Shown piece by piece: positions 28,224 to 37,805 of a DNA stretch of 64,000 nucleotides. The notes under the pieces are model-generated. The model was not told the DNA's origin. It ran no database searches and saw only the letters and a list, made by a program, of their open reading frames with translations. The stretch is from positions 7,561 through 71,560 of the forward strand of contig NZ_DAVG01000099.1 of NCBI RefSeq assembly GCF_002505485.1. Reading direction: 5' to 3'. Position numbers and translations under genes: made by a program. Position 1 is the stretch's first letter; every line of letters starts with the position of its first letter. The DNA comes from Methanosarcina sp. UBA5 (lineage in GTDB: Archaea > Halobacteriota > Methanosarcinia > Methanosarcinales > Methanosarcinaceae).

Positions 28224-29639
28224 TTAGAAACGTGGGCTTTCGATCCGGTCCCATTTTCTGAAGCTCTGTCCGAGCAGGTAGAGGGCAAGAGGCACCAGCA
28301 GGAGGTTTACAAGCACATAGTACGGACCAAACATTGAGAGGATAACGTTCACCAGCAGGAGCGGCATGACTGAGAGCGTGTATACAGCGAAAGTCCTGCC
28401 GTTATAGAGATTTATGGAAGGAGAAAGCCCTGTTAGGTAAATAAGTATTGAAACCATGTAAAGCGAAATTGAGAGGAAAAGCAGCAGCGTTGGCAGCAGA
28501 AATGCAGGGTCTTTTTTAAGGGTGAGCAGGATCAGAAGTATAAACGGAACAAGATTCAGGAAAAGGTAACTGTTGAGTTTGTTCCTTATCATGTCCGAAA
28601 CTTTCAGGGGAAAGAAAGCATACGAGGTAAAGATATCGTATTCTGTAAGCCAGTTATACATTGAAGAGGAAAGTACTCCCAGAACAAGGGAAATCAGAAT
28701 TAGAATATTTAAAGCCGGGAGAACCTTTCCCAAGGCTGAAAGAAGCATCCAGATAAGAGCCGCAGGCAGCAGGAACGAGAAGATTAACTTTCCGAATCCT
28801 CCCTCACTCCTTTTCAGGTCAAGGAAATCCTTTGCGACGAAAGCTGCATACCTGTATGAACCAAACTTCCCGCAAAGCCTGGAAAATGAGTTTGGGAAGC
28901 TCTTTTTCGCCTGGGGGAAGTCCACCTTCAGGAAAAACAGGGATAAAGCCGAAGGAATGATTATAAGCCCAGAGGAAAGCAGAAACTGGCTTTTTGAGGA
29001 AAGCAGGAAAAAAGAGAGGCTTGGCAGGCTATAAAATATTCCTGAATCCAGATTTCCAGAAATAGAAAGCAGGAAAACGCAGCCAGCCAGCAAACCCAAA
29101 GTCAGCAGCTTTCCGGAATGGGCATAAATAGTAGATAAGAAAAATACCAGGGAAAGCCCGATCATAAAGGAAAGAGAAAGGGTCAGGAGAAGGAAGAGAA
29201 GGGTAAAAGGAAAATGGAAGTTTCCTGCCGGGATAAGGGCTGCAGCAAGCGCAAAACCTGCAACGAAAGGCAGCACATAGAGGGCAAAGTAATATACGAC
29301 ATCTTTTACAAGGAAGTTTGCAAAGATTAATCTCTCGGAAACAGGAAGCGTCCTTGAAGAATATGCTATCATGCTTGCCTGCCCGAAACGCCGGTTCATA
29401 AACTCCCTGCCCATAAGCCCGAAAGCTCCTACCATGCTTCCCAGAAGCAAAAAAAAGTAATGCATCCCGAGCGCAATCTGGGCATAGGTAAAGATTTCCC
29501 TAAAAATTGGCAGAACCAGGCTTACGAAGAAGGTGAAGAGAAAGATAAAGACCGGAAAGAGAGAAAAACCATTGTTTCCGAAAAGATTTGAATGCATTCG
29601 CCATTCTTCTTTAAGCATGCTTTTAAAGATATCAAACAT
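28224..29639 (-). CDS. polytopic membrane protein, probable permease partner of the adjacent ABC ATPase
   Basis: 471 aa with more than 10 hydrophobic segments, co-oriented downstream of the ABC ATPase gene. Confidence 0.6.
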   Translation of the reverse strand: MFDIFKSMLKEEWRMHSNLFGNNGFSLFPVFIFLFTFFVSLVLPIFREIFTYAQIALGMHYFFLLLGSMVGAFGLMGREFMNRRFGQASMIAYSSRTLPVSERLIFANFLVKDVVYYFALYVLPFVAGFALAAALIPAGNFHFPFTLLFLLLTLSLSFMIGLSLVFFLSTIYAHSGKLLTLGLLAGCVFLLSISGNLDSGIFYSLPSLSFFLLSSKSQFLLSSGLIIIPSALSLFFLKVDFPQAKKSFPNSFSRLCGKFGSYRYAAFVAKDFLDLKRSEGGFGKLIFSFLLPAALIWMLLSALGKVLPALNILILISLVLGVLSSSMYNWLTEYDIFTSYAFFPLKVSDMIRNKLNSYLFLNLVPFILLILLTLKKDPAFLLPTLLLFLSISLYMVSILIYLTGLSPSINLYNGRTFAVYTLSVMPLLLVNVILSMFGPYYVLVNLLLVPLALYLLGQSFRKWDRIESPRF

Positions 29640-29804
29640 AAAATCCCTGCCAGTTTTAGTCTCGCTTTTGTGCTATTTTTACACTCATTTTTGTCACTTT
29701 TACTTATATTTCCAGGCAATTTTTATTTTTAGGCAATTTCTACCCTTACCTTTGTTCCAGCTTGCGGATTATACATAATAAGAGAATCTCACACCCCTAT
29801 TCTG

Positions 29805-30554
29805 TTATGCATATTGTGCAGGTATGCTCAGACCGGTGCCAGAATTCCCTGGTCTGCTTACTAAATCCAGAAAGAAATCTTCAAAGTTTCTTCTCTGAAG
29901 GGTAGGATCGTCCAGGCGGCCTGTATAGACCAGTTTTCCTTTGTAAATGATCCCAATACTGGTACAGATCTGTTTTGCAATCTCGAGGATATGTGTCGAA
30001 ATAAAAACTGTTCCTCCGTTTTTCACATAGCCTGCGAGAAAATCCTTTACTTTTCTCTGAATTACAGGATCCAGGTTGATTAGAGGCTCATCGATAATTG
30101 CGAGTTCCGGTTCATGCAGGAAAGCCTGGGCAAACATCAATTTTTGTCTTGTACCTCTTGAGAGGTCTTTGCATAGTGAATTTTTCTGGTCTCCGAAATC
30201 CAGGAATTCGAACCATTTTTCACAGGTTTTCTCATAGCTTTCCATTTTCCGGATCTTTGCAACGAAGTAGAGGTATTCTTCTGCTGTCAAAAAACTTGGT
30301 GGGGTTTCCTGCTCAGGAACAATGCCTGCAAGTTCGCGTACTCGAATCGGGTCTTCAAGTACATCCACGCCGTGTACCCTAACTGAGCCGGAGGTTGGTT
30401 TTATCTGGCCTGTAAGCATCCTGATCATAGTTGTTTTTCCTGACCCGTTAGGACCCAGAAGCCCAAAAAGCTCACCTTTTCCAATCGAAAAGGAAATGTC
30501 ATTTACTGCCTTTGTACTTCCGTAGAATTTAAAAATATTTCTTACTTCAATCAT
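29805..30554 (-). CDS. ABC transporter ATP-binding protein
   Basis: MIEVRNIFKFYG..., Walker A GPNGSGKTT, signature LSRGTRQK and Walker B LAIIDEP. ATG 30554 is preferred to the longer ORF-track start at 30602. Confidence 0.88.
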   Translation of the reverse strand: MIEVRNIFKFYGSTKAVNDISFSIGKGELFGLLGPNGSGKTTMIRMLTGQIKPTSGSVRVHGVDVLEDPIRVRELAGIVPEQETPPSFLTAEEYLYFVAKIRKMESYEKTCEKWFEFLDFGDQKNSLCKDLSRGTRQKLMFAQAFLHEPELAIIDEPLINLDPVIQRKVKDFLAGYVKNGGTVFISTHILEIAKQICTSIGIIYKGKLVYTGRLDDPTLQRRNFEDFFLDLVSRPGNSGTGLSIPAQYA

Positions 30555-30620
30555 CTTTAAGTCTCCTGAAAGCCCGTTATTTACAGGCAAATGAAGGTAC
30601 AATGCCAGTCATAGAGTAAA

Positions 30621-30803
30621 TTAGGCTAAATTAAATAAATTATATCAAATTAAACTAAACATGAACAAATTAGACTAATTTGGAATATTAATAGATATAT
30701 TAGAGTAAATAAAAGTAAATTGGGCTAAATATATACATATATCGTTTAATTTATGTTTAGTCTAATTTGGACTAATCAGATTGATTAGACTAAATTGGAC
30801 TAA
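30621..30803. promoter_or_regulatory. cluster of 9-bp palindromes TT(A/G)GNCTAA upstream of the ABC operon
   Basis: ttaggctaa 30621-30629, ttagactaa 30670-30678, ttagtctaa 30757-30765 and ttagactaa 30785-30793, plus ttggactaa at 30767-30775 and 30795-30803. Confidence 0.5.
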
Positions 30804-31219
30804 ATAATAAAGATAATTCTAAATTAAATTGCAGAGTAGGTCAAGAGTCAGTAATTTTTCCCAGAAAGCATCAGATTGAACAAGGATTAAGATTGAACCT
30901 TTAACATTCATTAGATAATTTTTTAGTTTTGCTCATTTAATTAAAATTTTCAATGTTAAAGAGTATTCTGCAAAAATATATAAAAGAGTTTCGTACACTA
31001 CTTTCTAATCAAAAATCCGGTTTAAAATTATTATTTGGATTCTACCAAGATTTCGTTTTCAACCAGAACGCGAAAATGTTATGAAAGGGCTTGTTACAAG
31101 CCCGTGGATAAAGTAAAATTATAAGAATTTATCAGAGTCTTAATTAATAATATTTAAAATTATATAAGATGATTTCTGTTACATAAAAATGACTTTTTCC
31201 TTTTCCCGGCTTTTCTTTC

Positions 31220-31579
31220 TCAGGCCCGCACTCTTAACTTAGAAGAACTTCCCGAAGAAAATCCCTCGCTTACCGGGCTCAAAGCATTAAGTTCACTTGC
31301 AGTCTCGTTTAGAGAAAGCATAAAGTCCGTTCTGATCCTGAAAATGAGCTCTTCAGGTTCTACGCAGCAAAATAGAGTAGGCTCACCCTCAATTATCCAG
31401 ACATATCCTTTTTTCTCCATTCCCCTGAGAATTCTATAGATTTTGGGCCTTGGGACTCCGGCATTTTCTGCAATTTCACTGGCTCGTGCCTGCTTAAGAC
31501 GGACAAGTACTGCGTAGATTTTAGCTTCGTTTCCGGTAAAACCCAGCTTTTGAAGATTTTCTACAATTTTAAGAGCCAC
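31220..31579 (-). CDS. TrmB-family HTH transcriptional regulator (N-domain only)
   Basis: LGFTGNEAKIYAVLVRLKQARASEIAENAGVPRPKIYRILRGMEKKGYV is typical of the TrmB wHTH. Confidence 0.75.
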   Translation of the reverse strand: MALKIVENLQKLGFTGNEAKIYAVLVRLKQARASEIAENAGVPRPKIYRILRGMEKKGYVWIIEGEPTLFCCVEPEELIFRIRTDFMLSLNETASELNALSPVSEGFSSGSSSKLRVRA

Positions 31580-31616
31580 TTTATTTTCCTCCTTTTACCC
31601 AATTCTCTAGTTAAAT

Positions 31617-32081
31617 TCATCTAACTTGTTGGCTGGCAGCCTTTCTTAAGATCCTCACCATTGTCTCAAGACTCTTAACATAATCTTCTGTATCCTTTTC
31701 ATCTACAAGCTTAAGCAGCTCATCGATAATCTGGTTAGAATAGTTATAGCACTCCAATCCTTTTTCAGTCAGAGAAACGAGTACTTTCCTTCGATCTTCA
31801 GGGTCAGTTTTTCGAAAAACCATCCCTTTTTTCTCCAAATCATCTACCATTCGGGTGAGGCTGCTTTTATCCATACCTGTGTACTTCCCTATGGTTGAGG
31901 GCATGATTTCACCTTCCATGCCTATGATCTTGATTACTACAGGCTGATTCTTGCTTAGATTCTTAAATTTGCTACTGATTTTCTTCTGAAAAGTCTGTTC
32001 AAAAATCAAGTTATCAAGAGCATCTCTTTCCATCATCAGAAGAATTATTTTCTTCAGCGTTGCTTCGTCCATTTTTTCCAC
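31617..32081 (-). CDS. MarR-family transcriptional regulator
   Basis: 154 aa with the wHTH MPSTIGKYTGMDKSSLTRMVDDLEKKGMVFRKTDPEDRRKVLVSLTEKG. Confidence 0.8.
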   Translation of the reverse strand: MEKMDEATLKKIILLMMERDALDNLIFEQTFQKKISSKFKNLSKNQPVVIKIIGMEGEIMPSTIGKYTGMDKSSLTRMVDDLEKKGMVFRKTDPEDRRKVLVSLTEKGLECYNYSNQIIDELLKLVDEKDTEDYVKSLETMVRILRKAASQQVR

Positions 32082-32165
32082 TGTTCCTCTTCATATCTGA
32101 TTATATAATCATAAACATATTTTTGAAGTAAATAATTTCCGAATGTATAATGAATCATAAAATAA

Positions 32166-32211
32166 TATTGATTTTTCAATTATATGAAATTAAATAATTG
32201 AAAAATCAATA
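32166..32211. promoter_or_regulatory. 18-bp perfect inverted repeat with 10-nt spacer (candidate MarR operator)
   Basis: tattgatttttcaattat (32166-32183) and ataattgaaaaatcaata (32194-32211), about 85 nt upstream of the marR start in a divergent intergenic region. Confidence 0.6.
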
Positions 32212-32609
32212 GTTGATAAATCAACAATGCTATAAACATATTTAAGCTTCACGGTTTACCTGCACACAAAAATGATTAAGATGCAAAAACTGATTGCTTC
32301 AGTTCTATATATAAAAAATTAAATTGTATGTCATTTGAACTCAAAAACTCGTTAACGAAAAGCTAATTAGAAGAAAAGGCTTCAGAAACCACTTAAAGCA
32401 TAAAATAGGAAGCTAGATTTCCAGAAATTAATTTTTTGGAAAATGAGTTTTCACAAAATGAAATACGATTAAAAGGTTTAAAATAGAATCAGGCTAAAGA
32501 CTTAAACTTGGCTGCAAAATTAATTTTACTCTGAACTTGTCCCACTATCACCCTCTGCCTTGGAGGCCTATCCCTGAAAGAAAAGCTTCTTGAGATCAAA
32601 TCTGCATTT

Positions 32610-34094
32610 ATGGCCTATTTTAAAGAGCGGGAAGCCGAGATCAATGGTTCTCTCCTTGCCGTGTTGTCCGGGGAAAACCTCCTCTTCCTCGGTCCGCCTG
32701 GAACGGCAAAAACCCAGCTTGCGAAAAGTATCTGCCAGTTAATCGAAGGCGGAAATTTCTTCAATTATCTCCTGACAAGTTTTTCCACCCCTGAAGAGCT
32801 CTTTGGTCCGCTTTCCTTAAAAGCCCTGGAAGAAGATGAATTCCGCCGGAAAATTAACGGCTGCCTCCCGACTGCTCATGTTGCTTTGTTGGACGAGATT
32901 TTTAAAGCAAGCAGTGCGATCCTTAACAGCCTCCTGACCATTCTCAATGAGCACAAATACCATAACGGGAGAGAGCTTGTAGATGTACCACTGCTCTCGG
33001 TTTTCGGGGCATCTAATGAGTTTCCTGATGAAAACGAGAGTCTTGAAGCCCTTTATGACCGCTTTTTATTCAGGTACAGTCTCGCATATATTCAGGACGA
33101 AGGGAATTTCCGGGACCTCCTTTTCAGGAGCCATGACGAGTTCGAACCTGCTGCAAGTCTCATTATTTCTGCAATATACGAACTTCGGGCACGTGCAAAA
33201 GATCTGCCTGTTGACCCTGACGTTGAGGTCATTATAACTGAGCTTCGAAAAAACCTCCAGCTTCAGGAGATTGAAATCTCGGACCGGCGCTGGAAGAAAA
33301 TTATTGAGGTGCTTAGGGTTGCGGCTTGCAGTAGCGAGTGCCCGACTGTGGACAGGACAATGGTGCTCCTGCTTCAGCACATGCTCTGGAACCTTCCCGA
33401 AGAGCGGGAAACCATAAGGAAAACCGTCTTTGAGTTCGCAATCTCAGGTGGTATTAATACGGAAAAACTGCGTCAGGAAGCCGAAGACCTTCAGACTGTA
33501 GTAAGCATTGCCCTGAAAAACGAACTTCCTGTAAAGATTGTCTGCGACAGCTGCGGAGAAGAATTCCGGCTGAGGCAGGAAATTGAAACTCACCATATTT
33601 CCCACCCGAATCACAGCTATACGCTTAAAATGGAAGGATCTTCAAGGATCTATCCTTATGACAACCTTGTGAGAGAAATTGATTCGCTCCAGGAATCGGC
33701 TGGAGAAGCGAGCACACTGCCCCAGGTCCAGAAAGAAATTTTTGAAAAAGAATTGGAAGCCCTGGCCGATCGTCTGGAACGCGTAAAATACAGGCTTGAA
33801 GCCGAAAGGGAACTTCTCAAAAACCTGATGGATACGAATATCTGGCTCTCGACGCTTGACAGAAACGAAGCTCTCCTCCTGCACGATACCCGAAGTATCG
33901 AATTATCCGAGCTCAATGACCTTATCTCAAAAAGCCGGTCAATGCTCGGACTGCAGAACAGACAGAGGCAACCTGAACCGCAGCCTGCAAAAGGAGCAGG
34001 AAAAAGAGAAATGGAAAAAATTTCCATATCCGATTCGGGCAGCAATGTTAATAGTTTTATGAAAGGTCTTAGCTCCCGATTTAAGCTCAGATAA
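32610..34094 (+). CDS. MoxR/RavA-like AAA+ ATPase with embedded classical C2H2 zinc finger and coiled-coil C-terminus
   Basis: Walker A GPPGTAKT, Walker B ALLDEIF and sensor region SLLTILNE. C-x2-C-x3-F-x5-I-x2-H-x3-H lies at 33543-33605. The in-frame upstream sequence (...LKEKLLEIKSAF) lacks a canonical start, so the N-terminus is uncertain. Confidence 0.8.
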   Translation: MAYFKEREAEINGSLLAVLSGENLLFLGPPGTAKTQLAKSICQLIEGGNFFNYLLTSFSTPEELFGPLSLKALEEDEFRRKINGCLPTAHVALLDEIFKASSAILNSLLTILNEHKYHNGRELVDVPLLSVFGASNEFPDENESLEALYDRFLFRYSLAYIQDEGNFRDLLFRSHDEFEPAASLIISAIYELRARAKDLPVDPDVEVIITELRKNLQLQEIEISDRRWKKIIEVLRVAACSSECPTVDRTMVLLLQHMLWNLPEERETIRKTVFEFAISGGINTEKLRQEAEDLQTVVSIALKNELPVKIVCDSCGEEFRLRQEIETHHISHPNHSYTLKMEGSSRIYPYDNLVREIDSLQESAGEASTLPQVQKEIFEKELEALADRLERVKYRLEAERELLKNLMDTNIWLSTLDRNEALLLHDTRSIELSELNDLISKSRSMLGLQNRQRQPEPQPAKGAGKREMEKISISDSGSNVNSFMKGLSSRFKLR

Positions 34095-34346
34095 TGAGTC
34101 CATACCAAAATCAATTCTATTCCCAAATCGTTAAATTTTGAGGACTATTTTTAATGGCCAGAAACTCGACTGGTTATTCAGAATGCAAAATTCAGAAGAC
34201 TATTTTAGAGTTTTGGAAACAATTCAATGAGGCTAATTAGGGCTCTTTGCTTATGGGTTGAAGCATTTTTCTGTAAGTTGCATTAAAATACTTTCTTTAA
34301 TATTATAATATAGTAGTCAAAAAAAATCTCTGAATTGAATAAATAT

Positions 34347-34588
34347 ATCCTCAAAAAATGATTAATTTTTTAAAGTCTATTAAGCTTTATTTGCCCAATT
34401 AAATATAGTATCAGTCCTTTCTCAACTAAGGTATATTCATTAAACAATTTATTTGCTATTTAGATAGATCCTTCAAAAGATGATTAGTTTTTTAAGGACC
34501 ATTAAAGCTTATTTACCCAATTAAACGTAGTGCCAGTCTCTCCCCAATTAATGTACATTTATTAAACAATTTATTTATTATTTAGAGG
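34347..34588. repeat. about 121-bp tandem direct repeat x2 (diverged)
   Basis: The units start at 34347 and 34468 and share atccYtcaaaaRatgattaRtttttt...agctttatttRcccaattaaaYRtagt...attaaacaatttattt. Confidence 0.7.
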
Positions 34589-34740
34589 GCTTAAGCGCTC
34601 CAATTAATTGATTAAACATCGTTTTTTCCTCACTTTTATCATTTAACTTCTTCTGGATGAAAATGGCATCATACGCCTTAACTATAAATAATCATAAATT
34701 GTGAGCAAATAAAGGTTACATCTTGGCAATTTATCAATTT

Positions 34741-34848
34741 TAAAGATTATTATAAATTATTTCTCTAAAAAATGATATTTAGAGTGCACATTTTTAAAGA
34801 TTATTATAAATTATTTCTCTAAAAAATGATATTTAGAGTGCACATTTT
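34741..34848. repeat. perfect 54-bp tandem duplication
   Basis: 34741-34794 equals 34795-34848. Each unit contains the inverted repeat ctctaaa...tttagag. Confidence 0.95.
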
Positions 34849-34958
34849 TTGGGGAAATCCTATATGCATATCTATTGCCCAAAATAAGCACTCTATGTCC
34901 TTAGTTTTAACGCTTATTTGGGAGGATCCTACATTTTACAGTACTGTTATTTCCTTCT

Positions 34959-35022
34959 CCCTCTCTTCCTTTATCCCTCTCTTCCTTTATCCCTCTCTTC
35001 CTATATCCCCCTCTTCCTTTTA
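34959..35022. repeat. 16-bp polypyrimidine tandem repeat x4 (ccctctcttcctttat)
   Basis: Units at 34959, 34975, 34991 and 35007. The array abuts the stop codon of the minus-strand hydrolase gene. Confidence 0.9.
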
Positions 35023-35025
35023 TTT

Positions 35026-36525
35026 TTACTGCGTATGTTCCGAGATCCAATTTCCTATAATTTCCAGAGCAGCCGGAGAAATTGTTTCTTCGATTTTTGC
35101 GTATTCTGAGGGAGACCCTGTTTTAGCGGTCTGGAATAAATGGTTAAGGCCTGGTAGCTCTTTAACTGTATAGTCTTTATTGCCACCTGCTTTGAGAGCT
35201 TCATCTATGGCTCTGAGGTTTTCTTCAGGTGGAACCTGAAGGTCTTTTTCGCCGGTTATTGCAAGGACCGGGCACTTTACCTTCATCAAGGTAGGGGCGG
35301 GGTCGTATGTCAGGAAAAAGCGCAGCCAGGGCGAGATCAGATTCTGGACCTGAGCATTAACCCGAGCGTCAAGGTCATCTTCAGAGTAACCTGAATTCTT
35401 TTTCTCCTCTTCGCTCATGTTTTCCACCTCATTAATTATAAGTTTGCGAAGTTTTTCTGCGGCTATAGTTTCATTTTGTTCTTCTTTTATCACAGAGTAC
35501 ATGCTTTTCATAAGCGCATCATTCCGGGCTATAGTTTCATTGTCTACCCCTTCTGCCCTGTAAATCAGGTCATTCTGGAGGTACGAAATCTCTTCCCCGG
35601 TAATTCCCTGACCAGCCATGAGTACAATGAATGCGATATCTGGAGACTTTACTGCTACCATAGGTGCAATTAGCCCTCCTTCACTGTGTCCAATAAGTCC
35701 TATTCGGCTTGGATCTATCTCTTTGCGATTTTTGAGGTATTCAACTCCTGTGAGTACATCCTCAGCAAAGTCCTCAGTTGTAGCCTGTGAAACGTTTCCA
35801 GTCGAACCTCCAATACCTCGATCATCGACCCGAAGCACCGCAATTCCCTGGCGTGTCAGATAGTCCGAAAGTACAAGGAACGGGCGATGCCCCGCAATTT
35901 CCTCATTACGATTTTGCTGGCCTGAGCCTGTTATGAGTATGACTGCCGGGAAAGGCCCCTCTGACCGGGGAAGAGTTAACGTTCCTGCCAGTTTCACTCC
36001 TGCTTCTTTGTTTTCATAAACAACTTCCTCTTCAGTATATGGATAAGGCTTTACAGGGTCTTGCTCTCGGTGTGTATCAGGAGTCTTCTCAATTCTGTTA
36101 AGCACAAGCGGAAAAGCTGATCCTGCCTGTTTCCATTCTCCTTCTATTGTTTTGTTATTCTCCTGATATATCCCTTCAAAACTTCCACCTATGGATTTTA
36201 CTCCAAGGTTCAAGTTACCGTCTTTATAACTAGCGCTTTCAACAGGTATGCTGCTTATTCCCTGATCAGGGCTGTCCATGCTGGCGTTGATAGATCCATC
36301 AGGATTAGTAGAAATATTGAACACAATTCTTAACTCCAACCCACCTGGGACTGTTAAATTTCCCATCCAGATGCCTTCTATATCCTTGAGATCTCCAGCA
36401 CTCTCATTTTTTGTGTCATTTAGTTGTGAACTCTCTTGGTGTGACCCATCTGACTGCGAACTGCATCCAAGGCCCGCTATAGTAATGCTTAATAAGAATA
36501 CGCAAATTACGATTTTACTTTTCAT
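35026..36525 (-). CDS. secreted alpha/beta hydrolase (S9/dienelactone-hydrolase-like), probable lipoprotein
   Basis: Signal plus lipobox MKSKIVICVFLLSITIAGLGC and nucleophile elbow GHSEGG. The ORF track starts 9 codons earlier at 36552. Confidence 0.75.
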   Translation of the reverse strand: MKSKIVICVFLLSITIAGLGCSSQSDGSHQESSQLNDTKNESAGDLKDIEGIWMGNLTVPGGLELRIVFNISTNPDGSINASMDSPDQGISSIPVESASYKDGNLNLGVKSIGGSFEGIYQENNKTIEGEWKQAGSAFPLVLNRIEKTPDTHREQDPVKPYPYTEEEVVYENKEAGVKLAGTLTLPRSEGPFPAVILITGSGQQNRNEEIAGHRPFLVLSDYLTRQGIAVLRVDDRGIGGSTGNVSQATTEDFAEDVLTGVEYLKNRKEIDPSRIGLIGHSEGGLIAPMVAVKSPDIAFIVLMAGQGITGEEISYLQNDLIYRAEGVDNETIARNDALMKSMYSVIKEEQNETIAAEKLRKLIINEVENMSEEEKKNSGYSEDDLDARVNAQVQNLISPWLRFFLTYDPAPTLMKVKCPVLAITGEKDLQVPPEENLRAIDEALKAGGNKDYTVKELPGLNHLFQTAKTGSPSEYAKIEETISPAALEIIGNWISEHTQ

Positions 36526-37039
36526 GATACCTTTTCTCTCACATTTTTTCATTTGTCTTTTTATCTTTTGAATTTATTTTTAAACTTTTTGGTTTGTACT
36601 TTAATAATTATTAACTAGTGATTAAAATCCTAGTTGTTACAGCTTCAACTAACTTAATATGTTTATAATCGAAGCAGCTCAGTAAATTGAAGTAATCATA
36701 AATGAAATAATGTTTTTTAATAAAATATAAAAAGAATATAAAATAAAAAGAATAAATTAAACGAACATAAAATAAATTAAAAATTTTGAAAAAATAATTT
36801 TTAGAAAAAGGAATTTTTGGAAAAACTTTGTGGAAAGGTTTAAAATATGCTGCAAAACTTTCTCTGGGAAAACAGAAAGATTATTCTAAGAAATACTAAC
36901 TGCAGCAAGGTCCGGTTTTAGGGTTACTAATTGTATACAGTTTCCGGATTCATTTGAAAGGATTATTTAAGAAAGATTACCTAACAGAGGTCATTTAACA
37001 GCATAGATTATTTCACAGGAATAACAAAGGAAAAGTTTT

Positions 37040-37708
37040 TCAGGCTTCAAGCTCATGAAATTCCTGATCTTTCAGTTCTTTTTTCCTTATACTTTCTCTA
37101 AGCAGGTCGAGCACTTCTTCATCCGAAACATCGTACCATCTCTCGTAAGCCTGGGCAACAGCCTTGAAATAGGCAGGAGTCTCAAGCACCACAAGCTCAT
37201 CTACCTTTTCTTTAAGCTCTTCTGCAACCTCTCTACCTGCTACAGGCACTGCAACCACGATTTTTCCGGCTTTCCTGTTTTTACAAAGCTCAATGGCTGC
37301 TCGCATTGTAGAGCCCATTGCAATGCCGTCATCAATAAGAATTACGTTTCTTCCCGCAAGCTCGAGCAGGGGATTTCCTCCTCTGAGAGCTTTTATCCGC
37401 CTTTCAATCTCAGCGATTTGCTCCTTTTTTATCCGTTCAATGGTTTCTCCTGAAAGCCAGTAATGTGCATTTTCTAAAATAAATGTGCTCCCGTTCTCTG
37501 CTATTGCCCCGAATCCTGCTTCAGGATTGTCCGGAAAAGGCAGTTTTCTTGCAATAATGAGAGAAAAATCGGCATTCAGCTTCGCTGCAACCTGCAGTCC
37601 AACTTCTACCCCTCCGCGTGGAATAGCAAGAATAATCGGATTTTTTGTCCTGTACTTTTCAAGAGCTTTTGCAAGCTTTTCCCCTGCATCTTTACGGTTT
37701 TTGAACAT
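37040..37708 (-). CDS. phosphoribosyltransferase-family protein
   Basis: PRPP-binding loop VILIDDGIAMGSTM and N-terminal FKNRKDAGEKLA...AIPRGGV. Confidence 0.8.
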   Translation of the reverse strand: MFKNRKDAGEKLAKALEKYRTKNPIILAIPRGGVEVGLQVAAKLNADFSLIIARKLPFPDNPEAGFGAIAENGSTFILENAHYWLSGETIERIKKEQIAEIERRIKALRGGNPLLELAGRNVILIDDGIAMGSTMRAAIELCKNRKAGKIVVAVPVAGREVAEELKEKVDELVVLETPAYFKAVAQAYERWYDVSDEEVLDLLRESIRKKELKDQEFHELEA

Positions 37709-37805
37709 AACTCCACCTCCTATTCAAAAATTACCCCTATTTTCGTATAAACGTCAAAGCAAATTATTCTTAAAAAATTATTTTTATAATGTACAAATAT
37801 CAAAA

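Noticed and set aside
34826-35173. ORFs 34826-35173 and 34918-35109 running through the 16-bp polypyrimidine repeats
   Set aside because: They give a low-complexity Ser/Leu/Pro/Phe translation of repeat DNA and overlap the 3' end of the hydrolase gene.
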